From the NCBI GenBank assembly GCA_037441705.1, contig JBBIRR010000006.1:1-64000 (forward strand): a stretch of DNA of 64,000 bases, read 5' to 3'. The translations under genes and the position numbers were made by a program. Shown here piece after piece: positions 27,977-38,615 of this stretch; positions within the stretch are counted from its first letter, which is position 1; each line of letters opens with the position of its first letter. The DNA is from Ignavibacteriales bacterium. Lineage in GTDB: Bacteria; Bacteroidota; Ignavibacteria; UBA10030; UBA6906. The notes beneath the pieces were generated by a model, which was not told the origin of the DNA, did not search any database, and saw only the letters and a program-made list of their open reading frames with translations.

Positions 27977-29266
27977 ATGAGTTTGATCTCTCTGGTGTGT
28001 TTTGCGGTATGTGTTCTGGCTATGCTCACATGGCTGAGGCGAGGGTCAGACATACTCTCCCCTGGTCGGATACTTATCTTCGTGTGGTGTTTTGCCATCG
28101 CTCTTGCAGAACTCAAGCTGAGCCGTTATCAACATGAGTGGAGTTCTCAGAGCTGGATCTTGCTAGGTATTGGTGTTCTCTCCTTTTTGGTTGGTGTGTT
28201 CATTGTTTTCGTCATCCACCTTTCGTCACCAATGACACCCATACCATTGATGCGGCGGGTGTTGTCTCGTGAGCAAGTTCGAGAGGGTAGGCTTTTCTGG
28301 TTCATTTGTGCCTCCGTGGCAGTCTATGCAATCTCTTACCTGATTATTTATCTCGTCAAAGGATTTCTCCCAGTCTTTGTCGTTGGAGGCAAATTATCGC
28401 GAGTAGATTTCTATGTTTTTGGTTTCGGAGTTCTCATCAACTCGACAGCCTTTATCATTTTTTTTACCCTGTTGTACTTTCTCTTAGTACATGGCCACAC
28501 CCGACGGAAGGTATTTCTCTTGTGGATATCTTCTCTTGCTGTAGGTTCCTATTTTCTTCTGCTGCAACGGTTCCAGATCGTGATGGCGGCAGTCTTATGC
28601 TTCACCCTTTTGTATTATGCAACGAACCTTCTTCGAGCCAGAACTGCTTTCTTTTTCTCCCTTGCCGTAGCAGGTTTCTTCTACTGGATTTCTTCGTTGC
28701 GACTCCGCCATCTCTTTGCGACGTGGCTTTACTTTACCTCCAAGATGCGACTCCCAACCGAGCTCGCCTTTCTCACAGAGCCGTACATGTATATTGTCAT
28801 GAATCTGGAGAACTTTGCACGTGGTGTCGCTCAACTAGATCATTTTACGTTTGGTTATTTCACGTTAGACTTTCTAGTATCCCTTACTGGCCTTGAGAAA
28901 TTGCTGGCGGAATACTTTGCGATCAATCGGACACCATACCTTGTGAGCGGATATAACACTTACACTGCGTTTTGGACGTTCTACAGAGACTTTGGGGTTT
29001 TCGGGTTACTCCTTATTCCCCTTGTCCTTGGGTTGATCAGCGGTACTCTCTACTATCGGATGCGGAGGGCGCCAACAATCGAGAATGTGGCAGCCTACGG
29101 GGTAATGGTTTTTGTGATGCTAATATCGTTTTTCAATTTTCCGCTTGCGATGCTTTGGTTTCTTTACAATGTGCTCGCGTTATACGTCGGATTGCGATGG
29201 ATCATTACATCACGCAAGAATACATCTTATGCAGGAGTAGTACCTGCAATAACTTCGACGAGTTGA
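27977..29266 (+). CDS. wzy: O-antigen/oligosaccharide repeat polymerase (Wzy)
   Basis: About 11 TM helices; 'YNTYTAFWTFYRDFG..G' motif; locus position. Confidence 0.75.
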   Translation: MSLISLVCFAVCVLAMLTWLRRGSDILSPGRILIFVWCFAIALAELKLSRYQHEWSSQSWILLGIGVLSFLVGVFIVFVIHLSSPMTPIPLMRRVLSREQVREGRLFWFICASVAVYAISYLIIYLVKGFLPVFVVGGKLSRVDFYVFGFGVLINSTAFIIFFTLLYFLLVHGHTRRKVFLLWISSLAVGSYFLLLQRFQIVMAAVLCFTLLYYATNLLRARTAFFFSLAVAGFFYWISSLRLRHLFATWLYFTSKMRLPTELAFLTEPYMYIVMNLENFARGVAQLDHFTFGYFTLDFLVSLTGLEKLLAEYFAINRTPYLVSGYNTYTAFWTFYRDFGVFGLLLIPLVLGLISGTLYYRMRRAPTIENVAAYGVMVFVMLISFFNFPLAMLWFLYNVLALYVGLRWIITSRKNTSYAGVVPAITSTS

Positions 29267-29406
29267 AGAGCTATGGAACATCGTACTCATTTGATGGTGA
29301 AACAAAGCACCCGACATTGCCTCTCTTGCTATTCTGACTCAACGAATTCCACAGGCGAACGCGACGTCGCGCAGGTTTTGATTCCTATTGACACTGTGGT
29401 GTGTGA

Positions 29407-30834
29407 TTGTATCAACAACGTGTGGTAAGAAACTTTCTGTACCTCCTAGGGTCAAACGTTTTCGGGCAGGTACTCACCCTTTGGGGATTTGTTCATATCG
29501 CAAGAATCCTCGGACCGGATAGTTTCGGCCAGTTCGTTTTTGCACAGACAGTCTCTCTGTACTTTCTTTACCTTGCCGATTTTGGATTGCAAACGCATGG
29601 GACGCGAGAGGTAGCTCGTGTTGCTGAGAATCGATCGGAGGTTAGCCGACATGTCCTTCAAATCTCCCTGCTCCGCATCGGAAGTGCATTGGTGGCGTTC
29701 CTTGTCCTATGGATAGCCGTTATGTTTCTACCCAAATCGGCAGATGTGCAACACCTGATCCTCATTTTTGGACTCAGCCTGTTTCCATCTGCACTGCTCC
29801 TGGAATGGGTCTTCCAAGGCTTGGAGCGTATGGAACCGATAGCAGCTGGTCGTGTCGCACGTGGATGCCTCTTTGCTGGCCTTGTTTTTTTCTTGGTCAA
29901 GACCCATGATGATCTTGATATGGCGGCGCTGTATTATACTGCCGGGATCCTGGGTTCCACCCTGCTGCTCATGATCTACTACCTGAGAACAATACCGTCC
30001 CGGAATCTGGTGACTCACATGCGGTTTGCTGAGGTGACCGAAACCTTGGCAAAAGCCTTCCCGTTTGCCATCGGGGCTTTCATCACGCAGGTGAACTACA
30101 ATTTTGGAACCTTTGCGCTTGGTTTGTACCTCACACACAAGGAAGTGGGCGTATTTTCTGCTTCGTACAAGATCATCCTGTTCATGTGGGCTTTCGTCGT
30201 CGTCGCAGCTTCCAACGCCATCCTGCCCTTACTTGTGAAGACTTATCGCGAGGATAAAGCACGCTTTCTCGTTGCGACACGAAAGATCGCTCAACGATTT
30301 CTGTTGGTCGGAATAGGAATTGGAGCCGGTGGGACTGCTGTTGGTGACCGTGTAATCCAGTTTTTGTATTCTTCGACATACGAGGAATCATCGGTGGTCC
30401 TTCAGCTCGGGATGTGGATTGTCACTGTTGTAATGCTTCGCGTGGTTTTTGAGAATGCGCTTATCGCAAGCGGGGCGGAATCCGTATATTCGAAGGGCTT
30501 TCTTCTGGCTGGTGCCCTAACGCTTATAGGTAACCTCGCACTGGTTAGCGTCGCCGGGATACTTTCTCCGATTCTTGTCTCGCTTATTGTGGAGACATTC
30601 TTGCTCATTTTCTTCTTGGTTCGTAGCCAGGTTCTTTCCGCGTCATCATTGGTCAACATGAGCATAAGGCCGGTACTTGCTGCAGTCATTATGGCTCTGA
30701 CAATTACCGCGTTGCCGTTTCATATTCTTCTGCTCATACCGGCAGGAGCACTGATCTATTTCGCGCTTCTCCTTACGTTTCGCTGCATCAGCATTCAAGA
30801 AGTTGGTCGCATTGTAGGTTCATTAATTCATTGA
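29407..30834 (+). CDS. wzx: Wzx flippase
   Basis: 'ARILGP..FG', 'ADFGLQ..G.RE.A', 'WVFQGLERM', 'VG.FSA.YK'; many TM helices; TTG start. Confidence 0.88.
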   Translation: MYQQRVVRNFLYLLGSNVFGQVLTLWGFVHIARILGPDSFGQFVFAQTVSLYFLYLADFGLQTHGTREVARVAENRSEVSRHVLQISLLRIGSALVAFLVLWIAVMFLPKSADVQHLILIFGLSLFPSALLLEWVFQGLERMEPIAAGRVARGCLFAGLVFFLVKTHDDLDMAALYYTAGILGSTLLLMIYYLRTIPSRNLVTHMRFAEVTETLAKAFPFAIGAFITQVNYNFGTFALGLYLTHKEVGVFSASYKIILFMWAFVVVAASNAILPLLVKTYREDKARFLVATRKIAQRFLLVGIGIGAGGTAVGDRVIQFLYSSTYEESSVVLQLGMWIVTVVMLRVVFENALIASGAESVYSKGFLLAGALTLIGNLALVSVAGILSPILVSLIVETFLLIFFLVRSQVLSASSLVNMSIRPVLAAVIMALTITALPFHILLLIPAGALIYFALLLTFRCISIQEVGRIVGSLIH

Positions 30835-30914
30835 AGATTTAGAGGAAACAACAGGAGAGATTCTGTGTCGACGTCGTCAGGCTCTTTCTTCATGCAGCAT
30901 TCACTGTGGCACAC

Positions 30915-32171
30915 ATGAAGCGAGTTCATCAGACAAAGCCACGTGTTTGGGTACTCTCAGAACTCTATTATCCAGAGCAATCTGCCACGGGTTACTATGT
31001 TACCGGCGTAGCGGAAGCTCTGGCTCTTGAGTTCGACGTGTGTGTCCTCTGTGCGCAGCCGACGTATGCATCGAGAGGCATACGAGCCCCTCGGCGCGAA
31101 TATCGGCGTGGAGTGACGATCTATCGCTGCCTGGCGACAACGTTTAACAAGGATCGGTTGGCGTTCAGATTTATCAATCTGTTGACGATCAGCCTTTCGA
31201 TCCTGCTCAACGGTCTCTTTCGGATTCGCTCCGGTGATGTTGTGTTCGTCGTGACAAACCCACCGACCTTGCCCTTCGTCGGCTCTCTTATCTGCAAGGC
31301 CCGCAAGAATGCATTAGTACTTCGGATCGAAGATGTGTATCCCGAGGCGATGATTGCGGCGGGCATCACGCGTCCAAGATCATTCATCGTACGGATAATC
31401 GATCGGGTTCACAAATGGCTGTACCAACACGCGGCAGCTATCGTTGTCTTGGGCTATGACATGAAGGCACTTGTTGAACGAAAGACAGTTGCCTCGATGA
31501 ACAATATCTCCGTTATTCCGAATTGGGCTGACGTCCAGCAGATACGACCTCTCCCCCGAGGGAGTAATCCGCTGCTGCAGCAGCTTGGATTGGAGGACAA
31601 GTTTGTGCTACAGTATTCCGGGAATATGGGGCGAACGCACGATCTGGAGATTCTTCTCGAAGTTGCTACACAACTCCGCCCGGTCGAAAACGTCCACTTC
31701 CTTTTTATCGGGTCGGGTGCGAAGGCTCCCTACGTAAGGCGAATCCAAGCTTTGCGAAAACTGATCAACGTTACCGTTCTACCTCCTCTTGAGCGCGAAC
31801 AGTTGGCCGTTTCGCTGAATGCCTGCGATATTGCGGTCATATCGTTTGTTTCAGGTATGGCCGGCGTATCGGTTCCGAGCAGAATGTACAACATTCTGGC
31901 GGCAGGGAAGCCGATTCTTGCCATTGCAGATAAAGAATCGGAACTCAGTCGCGTCATCGAAGAATCAAAACTCGGTTGGGTTGTTCCGCCAGGAGACCGG
32001 TTCACACTACACAAAACGATCATGGAAGTTTATGAGAATCGTACCCTGCTCCCCGGGTACGCAGCCAAAGCACGCGCCCTTGTCGAACGAGAGTACACGT
32101 ATGAGTCGGTCACCGATCGATACAAACATTTGATCAACGAGATTTCCAATAATCACTGTCCGACTAAATGA
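30915..32171 (+). CDS. GT4 glycosyltransferase (WcaI/WbuB-like)
   Basis: 'SELYYPE', 'VTNPP', 'DVYPE', 'IPNWAD', 'YSGNMG..H', 'VPSRMY..LAAGKP'. Confidence 0.88.
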   Translation: MKRVHQTKPRVWVLSELYYPEQSATGYYVTGVAEALALEFDVCVLCAQPTYASRGIRAPRREYRRGVTIYRCLATTFNKDRLAFRFINLLTISLSILLNGLFRIRSGDVVFVVTNPPTLPFVGSLICKARKNALVLRIEDVYPEAMIAAGITRPRSFIVRIIDRVHKWLYQHAAAIVVLGYDMKALVERKTVASMNNISVIPNWADVQQIRPLPRGSNPLLQQLGLEDKFVLQYSGNMGRTHDLEILLEVATQLRPVENVHFLFIGSGAKAPYVRRIQALRKLINVTVLPPLEREQLAVSLNACDIAVISFVSGMAGVSVPSRMYNILAAGKPILAIADKESELSRVIEESKLGWVVPPGDRFTLHKTIMEVYENRTLLPGYAAKARALVEREYTYESVTDRYKHLINEISNNHCPTK

Positions 32172-33286
32172 TGCGCATCGGACTTAATTTGCTTTACTTA
32201 ATTCCCGATACGGTTGGAGGGACGGAGACGTATGCACGGGGACTTCTCTATGGACTTCGTAATGTCGAATCGAAGTATGAATTCATCCTCTTCTTGAATC
32301 AAGAGGCGTCCGCGATGTTCAAGACGGAAATCTTTCCGTTTGACACAGTCGTTTGTCCCGTGAATGCTGTGCACAGGCATGAGCGTTATTTCTACGAACA
32401 ATTTGTTCTTCCGAAACTGGCAAAGCGAAGCGGAGTTTCGTTGATGCACTCACTTGGGTATACCACACCTTTGCGTCTACACTGTCCCAGTGTCGTAACA
32501 GTGCATGATCTTAATTATCGCGCCTTCGGTGACCAAATGCCTCTCACTCGACGACTCGCCCTGGAGTTTTTCGTGGGCATGGGGATACGCTATGCTCAGA
32601 AGATCATTACCGTTTCGGACTTTTCAAAACATGAAATCATTAGGGCTTATGCTATTGATGAACGGCGAGTTGCTGTAACTCACGAGGCCCCGCTCGTGCA
32701 TTACTCGCAGGATGAGGCTGTAGCAGAAGGAGAAGTCAAGGACAAGAACTCGACGGTAATGCCTGCGCCGTACTTTGTTGCTTTCTCGAGTTCCTCTCCT
32801 CACAAGAATATTTCGCGACTCATCGAGGCGTATGCTTCACTCCGAAGAAGTAAGAGTATCAAACACAGTCTTGTGCTCATTGGACACACTCCTCGAGACC
32901 TTAGCATTACAGCTGAAGTCTATTCAACGGGATATCTAACTCGGGGGAAAATGCTCAAGGTGCTCCGTGGGGCAGATTTTCTTGTGTTCCCTTCATATTA
33001 CGAAGGCTTCGGACTCCCCATTCTTGAAGGTATGGCCTGTGGAGTCCCCGTGGCATGTTCGCGAGCGGCCTCATTGCCGGAAGTTGCGGGGGACGCGGCG
33101 ATCTATTTTGATCCATTCTCGAAAGAAGATATTGCTGAAGCAATCGAGCAGCTGTCAAGGGACAGCGATCTCCGATCTGCCCTGAAAAAAAAGGGATACT
33201 GCAATGTCCAACGATTTTCGTGGGGCGAAACTGCAAAGAAAACTTTGGCAGTGTATGATGAGATCCTTGAAAGCTTGGGTGACTGA
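32168..33286 (+). CDS. GT4 glycosyltransferase (MtfB-like)
   Basis: 'GGTETY', 'VTVHDL', 'HKNI.RLI.A', 'FPSYYEGFGLPILEGMACG.PV', 'SLPEVAGDAA'. Confidence 0.92.
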   Translation: MMRIGLNLLYLIPDTVGGTETYARGLLYGLRNVESKYEFILFLNQEASAMFKTEIFPFDTVVCPVNAVHRHERYFYEQFVLPKLAKRSGVSLMHSLGYTTPLRLHCPSVVTVHDLNYRAFGDQMPLTRRLALEFFVGMGIRYAQKIITVSDFSKHEIIRAYAIDERRVAVTHEAPLVHYSQDEAVAEGEVKDKNSTVMPAPYFVAFSSSSPHKNISRLIEAYASLRRSKSIKHSLVLIGHTPRDLSITAEVYSTGYLTRGKMLKVLRGADFLVFPSYYEGFGLPILEGMACGVPVACSRAASLPEVAGDAAIYFDPFSKEDIAEAIEQLSRDSDLRSALKKKGYCNVQRFSWGETAKKTLAVYDEILESLGD

Positions 33287-33294
33287 CTCATTGA

Positions 33295-34710
33295 ATGTTG
33301 AACGGATGTGTTGCCGTGAATAAGCAGCTCGAACGAACAGTCTTGCTTGTTAGTGACTTGGTTACCATTTGTCTGTCCTGGCTTCTGTACTATTACGTGC
33401 GCGTCCGCAGCGGATGGATTGATGTGACGGTGGTGCCGGAGTTGTGGCTGCCGATGGTGTTCGTGTGCCTGTACTGGCTCCTGGTGTTCTGGATCGTGGG
33501 TTTGTACCGGCCGTGGTATGCGAAGTCACGGCTCGATGAAATTACGCTCGTCTTCAAGACGACCGTTGGCGGGTGCCTGTTTCTGTTCTTTGCGGTTTTT
33601 GTGGATGACCAAGGTTCGAACGTTCAGGTAAGTTCCCGCTTGCTGATCGCCATCTACTGGGGGATTCTGTTTTCCTTCGTTGCCATCGGCAGACTGACGA
33701 TCCGCAGCGTGCAACGACGCATGCTGATTGCAGGTATTGGCGTTCACAACACCCTGATCGTTGGCAGCGAAGCAAAATCGCACGACCTGTACGACGAGCT
33801 GATCCGCTACCCTGCACTCGGATACAAGGTGATCGGGTTTGCAAGCGTCGACGAGAAAGGAGGCAATCCCTATCGAGATGTTCCTGTGCTCGGATCTATC
33901 AAGAATCTGCATGAAGTCATTCCTCGCCATAACATACGTGAGGTTCTGATAGCGCTCGACTCTTCAGATCACGAGCAATTGTTGGAGATTATCCGCAACT
34001 GCAACTCCCATCGGGTCGGGTTGAAAATCATGCCCGATCTGTATGACATCATCAGCGGACAAGCACGAACGAATCAGATCTACGGCTTTCCACTTATTGA
34101 AATTAGTCCGCAGCTCATGCCTGCGTGGGAGGAGGCAATGAAACGCGTCCTCGATGTGGGGTTTGCGTTTGTGGTACTCGCGCTCGGTATGCCGTTGTGG
34201 TTGTTGATTGCGCTGTTGATCAAACTGGATTCACCCGGACCTGTGCTGTACAAGCAGGAACGCGTGGGGAGAGAGGGGAAGCTGTTCAAGATTCTCAAGT
34301 TCCGTTCCATGTATCAGGATGCAGAGAAGCAAGGACCTCAATGGGCGAATCGGAAGGATCCCAGAGTCACGCGTGTCGGCAAGATCCTCCGAAAACTCCA
34401 TCTCGATGAAATCCCACAAATGTGGAATGTGCTGAAGGGAGACATGAGCCTGGTTGGGCCGAGGCCCGAGCGTCCGATGTTTGTTGAAGAGCTGTGCCGC
34501 CAGATCCCTCTCTACCCGCGTCGATTGCGTGTACGTCCGGGCATCACCGGCTGGGCACAAGTGAAACACAAGTACGACGAATCGGTCGAAGACGTCAAGA
34601 AGAAGGTTCAGTACGACTTGTTCTATATCGAGAACATGTCGTTGAGAATGGATTTCAAAATCATTCTCAGCACTATAGCCCACATGCTTCTCGGCAAGGG
34701 CCACACGTGA
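33295..34710 (+). CDS. Undecaprenyl-phosphate sugar phosphotransferase (WcaJ/WbaP type)
   Basis: Four N-terminal TMs, Rossmann-like domain, 'KR..D', 'KFRSM', 'DPRVT.VG', 'LDEIPQ..NVLKGDMSLVGPRPE', 'RPGITGWAQV'. Confidence 0.93.
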   Translation: MLNGCVAVNKQLERTVLLVSDLVTICLSWLLYYYVRVRSGWIDVTVVPELWLPMVFVCLYWLLVFWIVGLYRPWYAKSRLDEITLVFKTTVGGCLFLFFAVFVDDQGSNVQVSSRLLIAIYWGILFSFVAIGRLTIRSVQRRMLIAGIGVHNTLIVGSEAKSHDLYDELIRYPALGYKVIGFASVDEKGGNPYRDVPVLGSIKNLHEVIPRHNIREVLIALDSSDHEQLLEIIRNCNSHRVGLKIMPDLYDIISGQARTNQIYGFPLIEISPQLMPAWEEAMKRVLDVGFAFVVLALGMPLWLLIALLIKLDSPGPVLYKQERVGREGKLFKILKFRSMYQDAEKQGPQWANRKDPRVTRVGKILRKLHLDEIPQMWNVLKGDMSLVGPRPERPMFVEELCRQIPLYPRRLRVRPGITGWAQVKHKYDESVEDVKKKVQYDLFYIENMSLRMDFKIILSTIAHMLLGKGHT

Positions 34711-34747
34711 TGTCCTGTCCAACACCCGAAGAAACAAGGAAGAAACA

Positions 34748-35857
34748 ATGACTCCTCTTCACATGGTCGACGTGGTCGGCCAGTACAGAAAAATCAAATC
34801 GGAAATTGATACGGCGGTGCACGCCGTGCTGGACTCCGGCCAGTTCATTCTCGGCAAAGAGGTGGGCGAGTTCGAGTGTCAGATCGCGGGCTACCTCGGC
34901 GTGAAGTACGCCGTCGGGTGTGCCTCGGGGACCGATGCGCTGCAGGTGGCGATGATGGCGCTCGGCATTCGTCCGGGCGACGAGGTGATTACGACGCCGT
35001 TCACGTTCGTGGCAACTACCGAGACCATTGTCCTCCTGGGCGCCAAGCCGGTGTATGTGGATATTGACCCGAGGACGTTCAACATCAATCCTTCTCTCAT
35101 CGAGCAAGCCATTACGCCGCGCACGAAGGCGATCATTCCCGTTCACCTGTACGGTCAGGCGGCGGAGATGGAACCGATCATGGCCATTGCGCGCACACAC
35201 TCGCTGCGCGTGATTGAAGATGCGGCGCAAGCATTGGGCGCTTCGTACAAAGGCAAGAAGGTGTGTACGTTCGGCGACATCGGATGCATCAGCTATTTCC
35301 CGAGCAAGAATCTCGGCGCCTTCGGCGATGCCGGCATGGTGGTGACGAACGATCCCGAGCTTGCCGAACGCATGCGCATGATTATCGTGCACGGCTCGAA
35401 GACGCGGTACTACCACGACATCCTCGGGGTCAACAGCAGGCTCGATACGCTGCAGGCGGCGATTCTCTCGGTCAAGCTGAAGTACCTTGATGCGTGGAAC
35501 GCAACGCGCCGCCGCGCTGCAACGCGCTATAATGAGTTGCTGCACGATACGCCTGTCACCGTCCCGTACGTCTCCCCGGACGCCGAGCACATCTTCCATC
35601 AATACACTCTTCGTGCGCCGCGACGAAACGAGCTTGCAGAGCATCTCAAGAAGAAAGGCATTCCGCACGCCATCTACTATCCGGTGCCGCTGCACATGCA
35701 GAAGGCGTTTGCCGTCGCGGGAAAGGGGAAAGGCGACTTCCCGATCACCGAGCAAGCGGCGGATGAGGTCCTTTCCCTCCCGATGCACACGGAACTGACG
35801 GAAGAACACATGGTCTCCATCACGGGTGCCATCAAGGAATTCTATCAGACGCGCTGA
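34748..35857 (+). CDS. DegT/DnrJ/EryC1/StrS sugar aminotransferase
   Basis: 'SGTDAL', 'PVHLYGQ', 'IEDAAQA', 'SYFPSKNLG.FGDAG', 'NSRLDTLQAA'. Confidence 0.94.
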   Translation: MTPLHMVDVVGQYRKIKSEIDTAVHAVLDSGQFILGKEVGEFECQIAGYLGVKYAVGCASGTDALQVAMMALGIRPGDEVITTPFTFVATTETIVLLGAKPVYVDIDPRTFNINPSLIEQAITPRTKAIIPVHLYGQAAEMEPIMAIARTHSLRVIEDAAQALGASYKGKKVCTFGDIGCISYFPSKNLGAFGDAGMVVTNDPELAERMRMIIVHGSKTRYYHDILGVNSRLDTLQAAILSVKLKYLDAWNATRRRAATRYNELLHDTPVTVPYVSPDAEHIFHQYTLRAPRRNELAEHLKKKGIPHAIYYPVPLHMQKAFAVAGKGKGDFPITEQAADEVLSLPMHTELTEEHMVSITGAIKEFYQTR

Positions 35858-35858
35858 C

Positions 35859-36587
35859 GTGGAAACACAACTCCCGAAGATCCTTGTTGTTATCCCGACG
35901 TACAACGAGGCCGAGAACATACCGAAGCTGATTCCCGCCGTTCTGCGGCAGGCCCCCAACATTGATGTGCTGGTGGTTGACGACAACTCGCCCGACGGAA
36001 CCGGCAAGATCGTGAAAGAGATCATGGCGACGAATCCGCATGTACATCTCATCGAGCGCGAGGGGAAGCAGGGGTTGGGTACGGCGTACGTGCGGGGATT
36101 CAAGTACGCCATTGCCAACGGCTATGACCTTGTGTTCGAGATGGATGCGGATTTTTCGCATAACCCGAACGACATCCCGATGTTTCTCGCGAAAATCAAG
36201 GACTACGACCTTGTGATCGGCTCGCGCTACATCAACGGCGTCCGCATCCTGAACTGGCCGATGAGTCGCCTCCTGCTCAGCTACTCGGCGAACGTCTATA
36301 CGCAAATCATCACGGGACTTCCTGTGCGTGACGCAACCGGCGGCTTCAAGTGCTATCGGATCGAAGCGCTCAAAGCCATTGACCTCGACAGAATTCGATC
36401 GAACGGGTACGCCTTCCAAATTGAAATGAGTTTCAAAGTGTGGAAGAAAGGCTTTCGTCTGGTGGAAATTCCAATCGTGTTTGCCGACCGTCGGGAAGGG
36501 CACTCCAAGATGTCCCGGCACATCGTGTACGAGGCAATGTTCATGCTGCTGAAACTCCGTCTGCGCAGCATCTTCCATCGCCTGTAG
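35859..36587 (+). CDS. Polyprenol-monophosphomannose synthase (GT2, Dpm1-like)
   Basis: 'IPTYNE.ENI', 'VDDNSPDGT', 'GLGTAY', 'EMDADFSH.P', 'GSRY', 'DATGGFK'; GTG start at 35859. Confidence 0.9.
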   Translation: METQLPKILVVIPTYNEAENIPKLIPAVLRQAPNIDVLVVDDNSPDGTGKIVKEIMATNPHVHLIEREGKQGLGTAYVRGFKYAIANGYDLVFEMDADFSHNPNDIPMFLAKIKDYDLVIGSRYINGVRILNWPMSRLLLSYSANVYTQIITGLPVRDATGGFKCYRIEALKAIDLDRIRSNGYAFQIEMSFKVWKKGFRLVEIPIVFADRREGHSKMSRHIVYEAMFMLLKLRLRSIFHRL

Positions 36588-36604
36588 AGCGCGAGGCGTC
36601 ATCC

Positions 36605-38611
36605 ATGGACCTCTCGGTCATCATTGTCAGTTACAACGTCCGGCAGTTTCTGGAGAATGCTCTCGCTTCCATCTATCGCGCGTTGGAGGGAATCAACGCC
36701 GAAGTGTTTGTGGTGGACAACGCCTCCGATGACGGAAGCGTGGAGATGGTGAAGGCGAAGTTTTCTCGTGTCTGCCTGATCGAAAACAGCGCGAACGTCG
36801 GCTTTGCGCGCGCAAACAACATGGCGCTCAAACTAACCACGGGGCGCTATCTCCTCCTCATCAATCCCGATACGGTGGTGCAGGAGGACACGCTGAAGGT
36901 GATGATGCAGTTTCTCGACGCGCATCCCGATGCGGGACTTGCCGGATGCAAGATCCTCAATCCCGACGGTTCGTTCCAGCTTCCGTGTCGCCGCAGCTTC
37001 CCGACGCCGTGGGTGGCCTTTACCAAGACGTTCGGTCTCAGCACGCTCTTCCCGAAGTCGCGTCTCTTCGGCAAATACAATCTCACCTACCTCAGCCCGG
37101 ATGAAACATACCCGGTGGATGCCGTAAGCGGTTCCTTCATGATGCTGCGGCGTGAGGTATATGAGAAGGTCGGAGGACTTGACGAAGCCTTCTTCATGTA
37201 CGGTGAGGATCTCGACTGGTGCTACCGCATTCGTCAGGCGGGGTACAACGTGTACTATGTTCATGCAACCACAATCATTCATTTCAAAGGCGAGAGCACA
37301 CGGCGCAGCGACATTGACGAGGTCCGGACGTTCTATCAGGCCATGCAGTTGTTTGTGGAGAAGCACTTCAGCCGCTCGCTGTTCGTCGAAGTCTTTCTCA
37401 CGGTGGGCATCACGCTGCGCGCAGCTCTGGCGATGGTGAGCAAGATGAGCCAGCCCCTCCTCATCGCTCTCGTGGATTTCGTCCTGGTTGATCTCGTGCT
37501 CGTCGCAAGCGAGTACCTGTACTTTGGACGCGTCTTCCGATTTCCGGATTACGCCTATCCCATCGTCTGGACTGTGCCCCCGGCCATCGTCGTCGGTTCG
37601 ATGTATTTTTCGGGCGTCTACACGACGTCCCGGCACTCGGTTTCCCGTTCGGCGCTTGCGGTTATCATCAGCTACACGCTGGTATCGGCAACGATCTTCT
37701 TTGCGAAAGACTTCGCCTTCAGTCGCGCTGTTGTGTTGATTGCCGGTGCCATTACATTTGTGCTGCTGCCCGGATGGCGCCTGCTGTTGCAACTGGTGAC
37801 CGGGAGGCGGCGAAGCGCACGGGGCACGCTGTTCGGTCGCCCCGCGGTGATTGTCGGAACAGGCCCCTCGGCGCAGGAGGTGCTGCGCAAGCTGCGCGCC
37901 CGCGTTGATAATGGATACGACGTCGTCGGTTTCATTGATACGCATCGGCGGAATATCGGCGAGAAGGTTGCCGGCGTGGAAATCATCGGCAGCATCGACA
38001 ACGTGGGCAAGGTGATCGACGAACGGCGCGTGCGCGAGGTGATCTTCTCGACGGATGGCATATCGTACAAGGACATCCTCACCGTCATCGCCCGTAGCAC
38101 CAATCGCGGCGTTACCTTCCGACTCGTGCCCAACAGTCTCGAGGCGATTATCGGCAAGCCCAGCATCGACGAGCTGGATACGTTCCCGTTGGTGGAGATT
38201 GACTACAACATCCACAAACTTGGCCATCGGGTGATCAAGCGTGCATTCGACCTCATCGTGGCCACACTCGTGCTGCCGATATACCCCTTTGTCCGGTTGG
38301 TTCGAAACCCGGCAAACGCTTCCGGCATTGCACAGTTCGTCCTCTTGCTTCCGCAGGTGTTTTTGGGTAGAATAAGTTTGGTCGGGCGCCCTCTCGACGA
38401 GCCTGATGCGCCCGCCGTCTCACCGGCAGGTCAACACGTGCGTTCATATCTCGGTCCAAAAGGCATCACGGGTCTGGTGCAAATCAACCGGCGGGACGAT
38501 CTCGCGGACGAGGAAATCGAACGCTACAAGCTCTACTATGCTCGCAACCAATCGTTGATGCTGGATGTCGAAATCATCTTGAAGTCACTGTTGCGTTCAG
38601 CTCGCCAATAG
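36605..38611 (+). CDS. GT2 glycosyltransferase fused to TM, Rossmann-like and degenerate phosphoglycosyltransferase domains
   Basis: 'SVIIVSYN', 'VDNASDDGS', 'INPDT', '[11 protein letters not shown]', 'HFKGES'; C-half parallels the 33295 gene but lacks the 'DE.PQ' dyad. Confidence 0.85.
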   Translation: MDLSVIIVSYNVRQFLENALASIYRALEGINAEVFVVDNASDDGSVEMVKAKFSRVCLIENSANVGFARANNMALKLTTGRYLLLINPDTVVQEDTLKVMMQFLDAHPDAGLAGCKILNPDGSFQLPCRRSFPTPWVAFTKTFGLSTLFPKSRLFGKYNLTYLSPDETYPVDAVSGSFMMLRREVYEKVGGLDEAFFMYGEDLDWCYRIRQAGYNVYYVHATTIIHFKGESTRRSDIDEVRTFYQAMQLFVEKHFSRSLFVEVFLTVGITLRAALAMVSKMSQPLLIALVDFVLVDLVLVASEYLYFGRVFRFPDYAYPIVWTVPPAIVVGSMYFSGVYTTSRHSVSRSALAVIISYTLVSATIFFAKDFAFSRAVVLIAGAITFVLLPGWRLLLQLVTGRRRSARGTLFGRPAVIVGTGPSAQEVLRKLRARVDNGYDVVGFIDTHRRNIGEKVAGVEIIGSIDNVGKVIDERRVREVIFSTDGISYKDILTVIARSTNRGVTFRLVPNSLEAIIGKPSIDELDTFPLVEIDYNIHKLGHRVIKRAFDLIVATLVLPIYPFVRLVRNPANASGIAQFVLLLPQVFLGRISLVGRPLDEPDAPAVSPAGQHVRSYLGPKGITGLVQINRRDDLADEEIERYKLYYARNQSLMLDVEIILKSLLRSARQ

Positions 38612-38615
38612 AAGT

